This document shows positions 55,855 through 64,000 of a DNA stretch of 64,000 bases, piece after piece. The position numbers were made by a program, and so were the translations under genes. The notes under the pieces were generated by a model that saw nothing but the letters and a program-made list of their open reading frames with translations, was not told the DNA's origin and searched no databases. The stretch is from a bacterium. GTDB taxonomy: Bacteria; Patescibacteriota; Doudnabacteria; UBA920; 2-01-FULL-46-14. Where the stretch lies: contig JAUYKH010000003.1 in the NCBI GenBank assembly GCA_030700065.1, positions 2,876-66,875 on the forward strand. Reading direction: 5' to 3'. The first letter of the stretch is position 1. Each line of letters begins with the position of its first letter.

Positions 55855-56089
55855 GTAACCTCCTTTTTATTTAGCTTTGGCTATAAATTGCTTAACGTAG
55901 CATTATGTACTTTTAATGCTTTTTGTCAAGACCCCAACCGATTATAACGCCTATCAATTTAAACAGCGGGGTTCTAAAAAGTAGCAAAAATGGTGTATTC
56001 CTGTTATTATTTTGCTGTCAGTAAATCGGCTGTTGAAGTAGTACTGAATAAATCTGCTTAACCAACCCCTCAAAAGTTTTCAACCCGTC

Positions 56090-56122
56090 TCCTCCTCCGC
56101 GTGAAGCTTCGGACGGACGCGG
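56090..56122. repeat. 33-nt palindromic insert within the element 3 att arm
   Basis: tcctcctccgcgtgaagcttcggacggacgcgg splits ...cccgtc|tcgaaa..., which is uninterrupted at 54851-54865. Confidence 0.7.
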
Positions 56123-56393
56123 TCGAAATGGGCTATTTGTTTTATAAAAAAACAACCCCCTTTCTCTGATATGTCGTGCCATACTGGTCGGCAATTATGC
56201 CGTGAGGCGTTTCAAGCCTCGTGTGTATGGCGTAGACTGTCAGAGAAAGGGGGATTCCTTGTCGGGTGGTTCCTCGATAAGATACCTCCTGATTGGATTT
56301 TACATATATTATAGCAGAAAATTTGGGGTTTGTAAATAGCTTGTTGGGAAAAGGGGTTTTGAGTTTTTGAGCCCAGACCTTATAATAAAAAAT

Positions 56394-56993
56394 ATGAAAC
56401 CAAAAATCAAAGCCATTATTTTTGATCTCGGCGGGGTGATTACCCACGGCGGGTATCTGGATTTCGTGAAGCATTATTGTACGGCTTGTCTGACGCGCCA
56501 AGGCCAGAAAAAAATTTTTGAACTTGAGCACCAGGTGAATCTGGGGAAAATCACCGAGAGCCAATTTTACAAAAAAATCAGGGAAGTTTTTGGGGTGCGG
56601 CTGACCCCCAAGCAGATGCATAACCTGATCGTCAAACATATGAAAGCAGACAAGGGATTGGTTCACCTCATCCCGCACCTCAAAAAAGCCAAGATCGCGC
56701 TGTTTACCAATTCCATCGGCCATATGGCGCTCGAGGTTTTGCGCAAGCGGCACCTCTCCTCTCGGAGGATTTTTGACAAGGTTTTTGTTTCAACCAAGAT
56801 GCGTCTGGCCAAACCCGCTCGCCGGGCCTATCAATATGTGCTGAAGGAATTGAAGGTCAAACCCCGCGAAGCGATGATGGTGGATGACCGGCCGGAGAAT
56901 ATCCGGGCAGTGAAGAAAATCGGCATGCACGGAATTGTCTACAAAAATTCGCGACAGTTCAAGCGGGCAATTAAAAAATACGAATTGGTGTGA
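56394..56993 (+). CDS. HAD family phosphatase (YihX-like)
   Basis: 'IIFDLGGV', 'FTN', 'AKP', 'MVDDRPENI'. Confidence 0.88.
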   Translation: MKPKIKAIIFDLGGVITHGGYLDFVKHYCTACLTRQGQKKIFELEHQVNLGKITESQFYKKIREVFGVRLTPKQMHNLIVKHMKADKGLVHLIPHLKKAKIALFTNSIGHMALEVLRKRHLSSRRIFDKVFVSTKMRLAKPARRAYQYVLKELKVKPREAMMVDDRPENIRAVKKIGMHGIVYKNSRQFKRAIKKYELV

Positions 56994-56995
56994 AG

Positions 56996-57928
56996 ATGGA
57001 AGCAAAAAAAGCAAAATTAATCATCATCGGTTCCGGGCCGGCGGGATTGACCGCCGCGATTTATGCCGCGCGGGCGGATTTGCAGCCCTGGCTCATTGCC
57101 GGCACCACATTTGGCGGCCAGTTGATGCTGACCACTGAAGTCGGCAATTATCCGGGATTTGTGGAAGATATCCATGGACCGGATTTGATTGGGCGCATGC
57201 TCAAGCAGGCCGAGCGGTTTGGCGCCGAAGTGGTGTTCAATGATATTATTAAGGTAGATTTTAATTCCCGCCCGTTTCGCCTCGCCGCAGATGGCGCGCA
57301 GTACGAGACCCAAGCCGTGATTATCGCGACCGGCGCTTCGGCCCAGTGGCTCAATATTCCTTCGGAAGAACGGCTGCGCGGGAAAGGGGTCTCAAGCTGC
57401 GCGACCTGCGACGGTTTTTTCTTCAAAGGCAAGAAAGTGGCCGTGGTCGGGGGTGGGGATACTGCCATGGAGGAGGCGACCTATCTTACGAAATTCGCAA
57501 CTGAAGTGACGGTCATACATCGCCGCGACGCTCTGCGCGCTTCAAAGATCATGCAAGAGCGGGCGTTGGCCAATCCAAAGATCAAATTTATTTGGGACAG
57601 CGAAGTTGTGGAGATTTTGGGCGAGAATGACGTCACTGGAGTCAAAATCCGCAATGTCAAATCCGGGGAGACGTGGGATTTGGAAGTCGAAGGAGTTTTT
57701 GTTGCCATAGGGCACGAGCCGAACACAAAATTCCTTCAGGGGTCGGGAATTGAACTTGATAAAAAGGGATATGTAGTCATTCACGATCATAGCCTGACCA
57801 ATATCGAGGGGGTGTTTGTGGCAGGGGATGTCCACGACCATGTTTACCGACAGGCCATCACTGCGGCCGGCGCGGGTTGCCGCGCGGCAATGGACGCGGA
57901 ACGGTGGCTGGCCGAGCACAGGGCATAA
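56996..57928 (+). CDS. trxB: Thioredoxin reductase
   Basis: 'GSGPAG', 'CATCDG', 'GGGDTA', 'HRRD', 'VFVAGDV'. Confidence 0.97.
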   Translation: MEAKKAKLIIIGSGPAGLTAAIYAARADLQPWLIAGTTFGGQLMLTTEVGNYPGFVEDIHGPDLIGRMLKQAERFGAEVVFNDIIKVDFNSRPFRLAADGAQYETQAVIIATGASAQWLNIPSEERLRGKGVSSCATCDGFFFKGKKVAVVGGGDTAMEEATYLTKFATEVTVIHRRDALRASKIMQERALANPKIKFIWDSEVVEILGENDVTGVKIRNVKSGETWDLEVEGVFVAIGHEPNTKFLQGSGIELDKKGYVVIHDHSLTNIEGVFVAGDVHDHVYRQAITAAGAGCRAAMDAERWLAEHRA

Positions 57929-57932
57929 AAAT

Positions 57933-59159
57933 ATGATTAATCCATTTGAAACCGCGAAAGCACAATTGGACAAAGCGGCCGCGACCGCGAATTTGGATTC
58001 GGATTTGATTGAACGCCTGAAGGTGCCGGATCGCTACGTCGAAGTTAGTATTCCCGTGGTGATGGATAATGGCGAGCAGAAAATTTTTACCGGATTCAGA
58101 AGCCAGCATAACAACGCCCGAGGGCCCTACAAAGGGGGAATTCGTTTTCATCCGGAAGTGAGTCTGGACGAGGTGCGGGCCTTGAGTTTCTGGATGACTT
58201 TCAAAAATGCCGTGGTTGGCGTTCCCTTCGGCGGGGGCAAGGGGGGAGTTGTTTTTGATCCCAAGAAAGTCAGCCCCGCGGAATTGGAAAAAATTTCCCG
58301 GGGATACATCCAAAAAATTTCCCGCCTGATTGGGCCGGAGCTGGACGTGCCCGCGCCGGATGTCAATACGAATTCGCAGATTATGGATTGGATGGTGGAC
58401 GAGTACGCGAAGCTGACCCGGAACAAAAACGCCCCGGCCTGTTTTACGGGTAAATCCCTGGGCAACGGCGGGAGCGAGGGGCGGCAGGAGGCGACAGGGT
58501 TCGGCGGGGGCATCGTTTTGCGCGAAGTTTTGGCCAAGAATTTAATTCAAGCGAGAGGAAAAACGATCGCCATCCAAGGCTTTGGCAATGTGGGCCAATT
58601 TATTGCCGAGGCAGTGGCCAATCTCGGCTGGAAGATCGTAGCCCTCTCGGACAGCAAGGGGGGAGTGTATAACGAAGCGGGTCTCAATCTGACAGAAGCC
58701 GAAGCGCACAAAAAGCAGACTGGCGCGCTCAAGGATCTTTCCGGTTCAGCCAACATTACCAACGCGGAACTTTTGGAGCTTGGCGTTGATGTGCTCATTC
58801 CGGCCGCCTTGGAGAATGTATTGACCGCGGAAAACGCGGGGCGCGTCAAAGCCCCGCTTATTTTTGAGATGGCCAACGGGCCGACAACCACAGAGGCAGA
58901 TGAAATTTTTCAAAACAGCGGCAAGATCGTGATTCCCGACATTCTGGCCAACAGCGGGGGAGTGGGCACCAGTTATTTCGAATGGTATCAGAACATGCAC
59001 GGCGAACATTGGCCGCGCGAGCAGGTTTTGGACAAATTAAAAAGCCTGATGATTCAGGCGTTTGCTGATGTTTTTACGGTCCATAAAAAATACCAAACAT
59101 CTTTTCGTTCCGCGGCCTATATTCTAGCCGCCGAGCGGCTTGCGGAAGCAGGCAGTTAA
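57933..59159 (+). CDS. gdhA: Glutamate dehydrogenase (Glu/Leu/Phe/Val family)
   Basis: 'GPYKGGIRF', 'GGGKGG', 'DVPAPD', 'QGFGNVG', 'ANGP'. Confidence 0.93.
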   Translation: MINPFETAKAQLDKAAATANLDSDLIERLKVPDRYVEVSIPVVMDNGEQKIFTGFRSQHNNARGPYKGGIRFHPEVSLDEVRALSFWMTFKNAVVGVPFGGGKGGVVFDPKKVSPAELEKISRGYIQKISRLIGPELDVPAPDVNTNSQIMDWMVDEYAKLTRNKNAPACFTGKSLGNGGSEGRQEATGFGGGIVLREVLAKNLIQARGKTIAIQGFGNVGQFIAEAVANLGWKIVALSDSKGGVYNEAGLNLTEAEAHKKQTGALKDLSGSANITNAELLELGVDVLIPAALENVLTAENAGRVKAPLIFEMANGPTTTEADEIFQNSGKIVIPDILANSGGVGTSYFEWYQNMHGEHWPREQVLDKLKSLMIQAFADVFTVHKKYQTSFRSAAYILAAERLAEAGS

Positions 59160-59725
59160 GGGTTGGCGCGTTCCACGTATTCGCCGGTTTCGGTGTTCAC
59201 CCGCACAAGCTCGCCTTCTTTGATAAACAGGGGAACGTTTACCACCAGTTTGGTTTCCAGGATTGCCTGTTTCGTGCCGCCGGTCGCGGTGTCACCTCTG
59301 GTGCCCGGCGGGGTGCTTACGACCTTGAGGTCGACTTTGATTGGCAGGTCAATGCTGATCGGTTTATCGTCAAAATAAACCAGGTTGACATCCATGCCTT
59401 CTTTCAAGTAGCCTAATTTGTCTTCCGAGAGATCGCGGGGGATATCCACTGTTTCATAAGTTTCGTTGTTCATAAAATGCGCGCCGCTTGGGTCAGCGTA
59501 CAGAAATTGCGCTTTTTGTTTGGTAATATCCGCGCCTTCGATGCGCTCTCCTGACTTGGCCGAATATTCGACAACTTTTCCGGTGATGAGGTTGCGCATT
59601 TTCATCTGCATGACTGGTTTGCGTTGCTGCATGCGCACAAATTGCGACCACATAATTTCATGCGGTTGGTTGTTGAACACCATTACAGTCCCTTTTTTGA
59701 GGCCCGAGAAGTCCAATGTCGGCAT
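59156..59725 (-). CDS. efp: Elongation factor P
   Basis: 'VNVPLFIKEGELVRVNTETGEYVER', 'GDTA.GG.K'; tip loop 'RMQQRKP'. Confidence 0.93.
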   Translation of the reverse strand: MPTLDFSGLKKGTVMVFNNQPHEIMWSQFVRMQQRKPVMQMKMRNLITGKVVEYSAKSGERIEGADITKQKAQFLYADPSGAHFMNNETYETVDIPRDLSEDKLGYLKEGMDVNLVYFDDKPISIDLPIKVDLKVVSTPPGTRGDTATGGTKQAILETKLVVNVPLFIKEGELVRVNTETGEYVERANP

Positions 59726-59731
59726 GACGAG

Positions 59732-59953
59732 CTACAATGACGGCACAAACGGCATAAGCGCCATATGCCGGGCGCGTTTCAGGGCTCGCGCCACGACTTT
59801 CTGGTGCGTTGAGCAGGTGCCCGTTCGTTTTTTTCCCAGGATTTTCGCGTGCGGGGACATGAAACGATGCATAAGCTGGATGTCCTTGTAGTCCAGATAG
59901 TTCATCTTATTCTCGCACAGGAAACAATTTTTTCTTTGGTTGATAACCGGCAT
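59732..59953 (-). CDS. rpsR: 30S ribosomal protein S18 (zinc-binding type)
   Basis: 'CFLC...DYKD', 'KI...RTGTC..HQ...RALKRAR..ALMPF'. Confidence 0.95.
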   Translation of the reverse strand: MPVINQRKNCFLCENKMNYLDYKDIQLMHRFMSPHAKILGKKRTGTCSTHQKVVARALKRARHMALMPFVPSL

Positions 59954-60423
59954 TAAAATGGTATATCTTCAACACTGATTTCTTCCGTGTTTGAACCAGG
60001 AGCCGTTTCCGGCGCGCGGCGGGACGGTTCCTCGGCGGCCACATCAATTTGTTCTTCCGCCGCTTGCGGTCTCGCACTTGCCGCGCCGGCCTGCCCTTTG
60101 CTGTCCAACATGATGAGGTTGTCCGCGACAATTTCCGTCCGGTTTCGCTTCGCTCCGTCCTGGCCCTCCCAACTGCGGGTCTGGAGGCGGCCTTCCACCA
60201 GGACGCGGCTTCCTTTGCGCAAATATTGAGCGACAATTTCTCCGAGTTTCCGCCAGGCGACGATGTTATGGTATTCCACGGCCTCTTTTTTCGCGCCCTG
60301 CGGATCCGTCCACACGAAATTTGTCGCGACGCTGAAGGATGTGACGTTCGTCCCGCTAGGCGTGGAACGGGCTTCGGGGTCGCGGGTCAGTCTGCCGACT
60401 ATGGTTGCTCGATTTAAATCCAT
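59953..60423 (-). CDS. ssb: Single-stranded DNA-binding protein
   Basis: 'LNRATIVGRLTRDPE', 'EGRLQTRSW', C-terminal 'EDIPF'. Confidence 0.97.
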   Translation of the reverse strand: MDLNRATIVGRLTRDPEARSTPSGTNVTSFSVATNFVWTDPQGAKKEAVEYHNIVAWRKLGEIVAQYLRKGSRVLVEGRLQTRSWEGQDGAKRNRTEIVADNLIMLDSKGQAGAASARPQAAEEQIDVAAEEPSRRAPETAPGSNTEEISVEDIPF

Positions 60424-60443
60424 ATTGTTAGGTGCTTAATTAA

Positions 60444-60899
60444 TTATTTGATATTCTCGTTTGATTCCAGGGCTTTTTCGATCTCGGCGTCGAGGTCGAT
60501 GTCAAATTTTTTCTCCCTCTTGACCTTTTCTTTTTCGGCGGGGATTTCTTCTCTCGGCCTCATCGCCTTGAGTTTGGCCTGTTCGGCGCGATCCTTTTCC
60601 ATTTGCGTCAGCGCTTCATCCATGTTCAGAATGAGATACCGAATGATGTTTTGCGTGGTCCGGATGCGGTGTTCGATTTCACTGATTTTTTCCGGCGGCG
60701 CCGAGAAATTGACGACCACATAATAACCGATGCGGGATTTTTTGATCGGATAGGCAAGTTTCTTTTTGCCCGGTTCCTCGTATTTTTCGATCATCCCGCC
60801 GGAATCGGTAATAAATTTTTTGATCTCTTCCGCGACCTTCGGGATCTCGTCATCAGAAGTCTCGCTGCCGACGATGTACATCAGTTCATATTTTGGCAA
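60444..60899 (-). CDS. rpsF: 30S ribosomal protein S6
   Basis: 'KYELMYIV', 'GKKKLAYPIKK...GYY', 'IIRYLI'; TTG start. Confidence 0.93.
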   Translation of the reverse strand: MPKYELMYIVGSETSDDEIPKVAEEIKKFITDSGGMIEKYEEPGKKKLAYPIKKSRIGYYVVVNFSAPPEKISEIEHRIRTTQNIIRYLILNMDEALTQMEKDRAEQAKLKAMRPREEIPAEKEKVKREKKFDIDLDAEIEKALESNENIK

Positions 60900-61013
60900 T
60901 GTCGTTTGTCCTTCGACATTCTCCTCACACGGAGAAGAATATGCACTTAATCTTTAGTTGTCTTCATAGTGTATATTTAAGCCGAAAAGAAGTCAAGACA
61001 TGTTGTACAAAAA

Positions 61014-61064
61014 TTCCCGTTCTAATTTGAATCGCTATAGCGATTCAAATTAGCATAAACGGGA
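61014..61064. terminator. Long hairpin containing a perfect 32-bp palindrome (61022-61053)
   Basis: tcccgtt-ctaatttgaatcgctatagcgattcaaattag-cataaacggga, after the PIG-L stop. Confidence 0.6.
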
Positions 61065-61071
61065 GGTGCGC

Positions 61072-61791
61072 CTAAATGATCTCAAAGTATTCATAACGAA
61101 AGATCACTTGACGGATATTTGGTGCGAAATCAGCCAATTTAAAGGGTCGTTGGAGCTGACTTTTATGGCTATTGATTGCAGCCAGCTTCTTTTTTGCATG
61201 CTTTTTGATATTGATCCTTGTGAGTTTTGCGTCGGCAGTTCCTTTCAGTTTGCCAGGTCTATAATGACTGTGATGCACTCTCCTTGCGGCGAAAAATTTA
61301 TTAAACCGTCTCATTACTGAAGATGGATTACTTACCAGCCAAATTTGCGATGGCCGGTATTTTGCTTTTTTTGCCCCGGCGACAGCGGCTTTGCCGATCG
61401 TGATATGGTCGTTATGTCCGGTCATTCCTTCTTTCCCAAACGTCGCGATAATCCCCGGCCTTATTTGGTTGATTTTTCGAATAATTACCCGGACGAGCTT
61501 TCCAAAATTTTCATTTATCATCTGTCCATCCTTGTATCCGAGAAACTCCATGGATTTAATGCCCAATATTTTGCAAGCTTTGTGTAGTTCACGCTCACGA
61601 ATCTTTGCCAATTGTTTCTCGGTTGCGGGTTTGCCAAGTTTCGAATTGCCTTTTTCCCCGCGGGTCGCGCAAATCACAGCAACATTTTTCCCGGCTTTCC
61701 GAAACTTCAGCGACGTTCCGGCGAACAAAAAAGACTCATCATCAGGATGGGCGACAATTATCAGCAGATGAGTTTTTGTATTTTTTTGCAC
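61072..61791 (-). CDS. PIG-L family deacetylase
   Basis: 'AHPDDE', 'ATRGEKG', 'RERE', 'GHNDH', 'HKSQ'. Confidence 0.9.
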   Translation of the reverse strand: MQKNTKTHLLIIVAHPDDESFLFAGTSLKFRKAGKNVAVICATRGEKGNSKLGKPATEKQLAKIRERELHKACKILGIKSMEFLGYKDGQMINENFGKLVRVIIRKINQIRPGIIATFGKEGMTGHNDHITIGKAAVAGAKKAKYRPSQIWLVSNPSSVMRRFNKFFAARRVHHSHYRPGKLKGTADAKLTRINIKKHAKKKLAAINSHKSQLQRPFKLADFAPNIRQVIFRYEYFEII

Positions 61792-61798
61792 CGAAGAT

Positions 61799-62872
61799 TT
61801 ATTTGGAAAACCTGAAATGAACGACGTCGCCGTCTTGTATCACGTAATCCTTGCCCTCGAATCGCAAAAGACCCTTGTCCCGAGCCTGCTGGTAGCCGCC
61901 GCAGTCGATAAGTGTCTTCCAATTAATTACTTCGGCTTTGATAAAACCCTTTTCGAAATCCGTATGGATCACTCCGGCCGCCTGCGGCGCTTTTGTACCG
62001 GCCTTGCAGGTCCAGGCGCGTGTTTCCTTGGACCCGGCCGTGAAAAATGTGATGAGATTGAGAATGTCGTAGCTTTCCAGGATGAGCTTCTCAAGTCCGG
62101 TCATTTGCAAATTGAGTCCCAAAAGATATTCTCGCCTTTCTTTGTCCGGAAGTTGAGTCAGTTCGGCCTCAAGTTTGCAGTCAAGCGCGATAAATTTTTT
62201 ATCTTTGTGGATGTCCTCGCCGCTCGTCGGGGAGAAGGGCCCCGGGGAGATATTGGCCACGTACAACATCGGCTTTCTGGTCAGAAAGGGAAATTCATGC
62301 GAATATTTTTGTTCTTCATCAGTTAGCTTCACATTCAGGGCGCGTTTGCCGGCCGAGAGAGCTTCAAAGTATTTTTCCGCGATTTGAGCCCGTAGAAGGT
62401 CGTCGTGCGTCCCGGATTTGGCCGCCTTTCGCAGGGTTTCGCGTTTTTTCTCGATCATTTGCAGATCAGCCAGAATAAGTTCGGTTTCAATTGTTTCCAT
62501 GTCCTCTTTCGGGTCAACCTTGCCTGAAACATGGATAACATTTTTGTCGTCAAAAAACCTCACAACCTCGACGATTGAGTCCACTTCGCGAATATGTGAA
62601 AGAAATTGATTGCCCAAACCCTCGCCTTTGTGCGCGCCAGCCACGAGCCCGGCGATATCGTTGAATTCAATGACTGTGGGGATGATTTTTTCCGATTTTT
62701 CCAGGGCCGCCAAGCTCGCCAACCGGCGGTCGGGGACCGGCACGACCCCGACATTTGGTTCAATCGTCGCGAAAGGATAATTGGCCGCTTCGACCTCAAG
62801 ATTGGTGAGGGCGTTGAAGAGGGTTGATTTGCCGACATTCGGCAGACCGACTATTCCGATTGAGAATGACAT
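61799..62872 (-). CDS. ychF: Ribosome-binding ATPase YchF
   Basis: 'GLPNVGKSTLFN', 'ANYPFATIEPN', 'DIAGLV', 'HTDFEKGFIKAEV'. Confidence 0.97.
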   Translation of the reverse strand: MSFSIGIVGLPNVGKSTLFNALTNLEVEAANYPFATIEPNVGVVPVPDRRLASLAALEKSEKIIPTVIEFNDIAGLVAGAHKGEGLGNQFLSHIREVDSIVEVVRFFDDKNVIHVSGKVDPKEDMETIETELILADLQMIEKKRETLRKAAKSGTHDDLLRAQIAEKYFEALSAGKRALNVKLTDEEQKYSHEFPFLTRKPMLYVANISPGPFSPTSGEDIHKDKKFIALDCKLEAELTQLPDKERREYLLGLNLQMTGLEKLILESYDILNLITFFTAGSKETRAWTCKAGTKAPQAAGVIHTDFEKGFIKAEVINWKTLIDCGGYQQARDKGLLRFEGKDYVIQDGDVVHFRFSK

Positions 62873-62891
62873 AGTATATAATTATAGAACA

Positions 62892-64000
62892 ATGTTGAAT
62901 ATCAATCCAACAATTTTCCATGCCTACGATGTCCGCGGCATCTACCCAAAAGAGATTACCGAAGAAGCGGCTTATGCGATCGGCCGAGGTTTTGCGAAGT
63001 ATTTGATCAATGACCTGAAAAAAGCCCTGCCCTTTTCCGTGGTTTTGGGACAGGATATGCGCGGCTCCTCGCCGTTTTTGGCGCGGGAAGTGGTCCGCGG
63101 GATAAATGACGAAGGAGTGGATGTCACAGACATCGGCCGCGTCCCCACCCCAGCCTTTTACCACGCTGTCGCTTTCAAGGATTTTGCCGGCGGTGTGATG
63201 GTGACCGCGTCCCATAATCCCAAAGAGTATAATGGATTCAAATTTTGCGCGGAAAAGGCCGCCCCAATCGGCGAGGGGACTGGATTGGAAAGAATCAGGG
63301 AATATTCCGGAGTGGAAAGCGAGACCAAGCTTTCCAACAAAGCCCGGGGGCATCTCTCCACTCTCGGCGGAGTCGTCGCGGAATATGTGGCCAGAGATTT
63401 GTCTTTCGCGGATTTGAAAACAATCAAAAAGCTGAAAATCGCCGCTGACCCGGCCAATGCCATGGGCGCGGTGTATCTGGAGGAATTATTCGGCAAAATT
63501 GATTGCGATCCAATCAAAATAAATTGGCAATTGAATGGCAATATGCCGATTCACGAGGCAAACCCGCTCAAGATCGAGACTCTCCAGCAAATTCAGGAAG
63601 TGATCAGAAACGAGAGGGCCGATTTTGGAATCGCCACGGACGGCGATGGCGACAGGATCGTTTTTTTGGACGAGAAGGGACAGGTCATGCCGCCCTATAT
63701 CATCCTGGGGTTGGTGGCACAAGCGCTCCTCAAGAAGTATCCGGGCGCGCGGATCGGCTATGATCTGCGTTCCAGCCGGGTGGTCAAAGAAATGATCGAA
63801 GCGGCAGGCGGAGAAGCGGTCGAGACCAAGGTCGGCCATTCGAACATCAAGGTTTTGATGAAAGAGAAGGATATCCTCTTTGCCGGCGAGCTATCCTCGC
63901 ATTATTATTTCAAGGAAAATTACAATTTTGAATCGCCGGTTTTCGTTACGGCGCAGCTGCTGGCAATCCGCTACGAACTGGACCGGCCATTCTCCGAAAT
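62892..64000 (+). CDS. Phosphomannomutase/phosphoglucomutase, truncated by the window end
   Basis: Manual translation MLNINPTIFHAYDVRGIYP..., 'TASHNP', 'DGDGDR', 'GELSSH'. Confidence 0.92.
   Translation, partial: MLNINPTIFHAYDVRGIYPKEITEEAAYAIGRGFAKYLINDLKKALPFSVVLGQDMRGSSPFLAREVVRGINDEGVDVTDIGRVPTPAFYHAVAFKDFAGGVMVTASHNPKEYNGFKFCAEKAAPIGEGTGLERIREYSGVESETKLSNKARGHLSTLGGVVAEYVARDLSFADLKTIKKLKIAADPANAMGAVYLEELFGKIDCDPIKINWQLNGNMPIHEANPLKIETLQQIQEVIRNERADFGIATDGDGDRIVFLDEKGQVMPPYIILGLVAQALLKKYPGARIGYDLRSSRVVKEMIEAAGGEAVETKVGHSNIKVLMKEKDILFAGELSSHYYFKENYNFESPVFVTAQLLAIRYELDRPFSE

Larger units (their letters stand above)
54876..56135. mobile_element. Element 3: recombinase-less relic carrying hicBA
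   Basis: Ends in an arm homologous to 54838-54875 and core gggcta (56130-56135), after which host-type sequence resumes. Confidence 0.55.

Noticed and set aside
30108-56135. Intact prophage or conjugative element
   Set aside because: No recognisable terminase, capsid, tail, relaxase or type IV secretion genes.
55570-56753. ORFs 55570-55947 (+) and 56142-56753 (-)
   Set aside because: Antisense shadows of better-supported genes that have an RBS or family motifs.
60900-60960. S6:S18 ribosomal leader RNA
   Set aside because: A hairpin precedes rpsF, but I cannot identify the conserved CCC-containing internal loop with confidence.
1-64000. CRISPR array or cas genes
   Set aside because: No regularly spaced 23-47 bp repeats with unique spacers and no Cas-like ORFs seen.

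Overview
A 64-kb bacterial chromosome segment. Gene content and style (compact rpoB-rpoC, short S1, rpsF-ssb-rpsR-efp, 'PTVY..ENN.KR' surface repeats, many short palindromic inserts) suggest a Patescibacteria/CPR genome; this is inference. Positions 1-30.0 kb and 56.3-64 kb are mostly housekeeping: rpsA, tRNA-Cys, tRNA-Leu, rpoBC, valS, tsaD, a partly damaged signal-transduction block, PBP1A, typA, a CaCA antiporter, trxB, gdh, efp, rpsR, ssb, rpsF, ychF and a phosphomannomutase. A ~26-kb composite island (30108-56135) starts at the 3' end of tRNA-Glu and resolves into three tandem integrated elements. Element 1 encodes a large serine recombinase (LSR), a Prim-Pol/AAA helicase, SymE, a beta-propeller surface protein, a TPR protein and a complete type III CBASS (CD-NTase, HORMA, TRIP13, NucC). 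Element 2 encodes a second LSR, a replication-like module, small-gene arrays, and an HNH/2x C5-MTase/Vsr/LexA-like restriction-modification block. Element 3 is a recombinase-less relic carrying hicBA. The most unusual signals are: (i) a ~140-nt structured RNA with three compensatory base-pair changes, two GNRA hairpins and a possible kissing loop, present once in each autonomous element between a sigma70-like promoter and cargo genes; (ii) att sites that lie inside the LSR genes, so excision would replace a tRNA-antisense-encoded tail with a tail stored at the far end of the element; (iii) duplicated tRNA fragments interrupted by 20-31 nt hairpin inserts, in two cases exactly within the anticodon.
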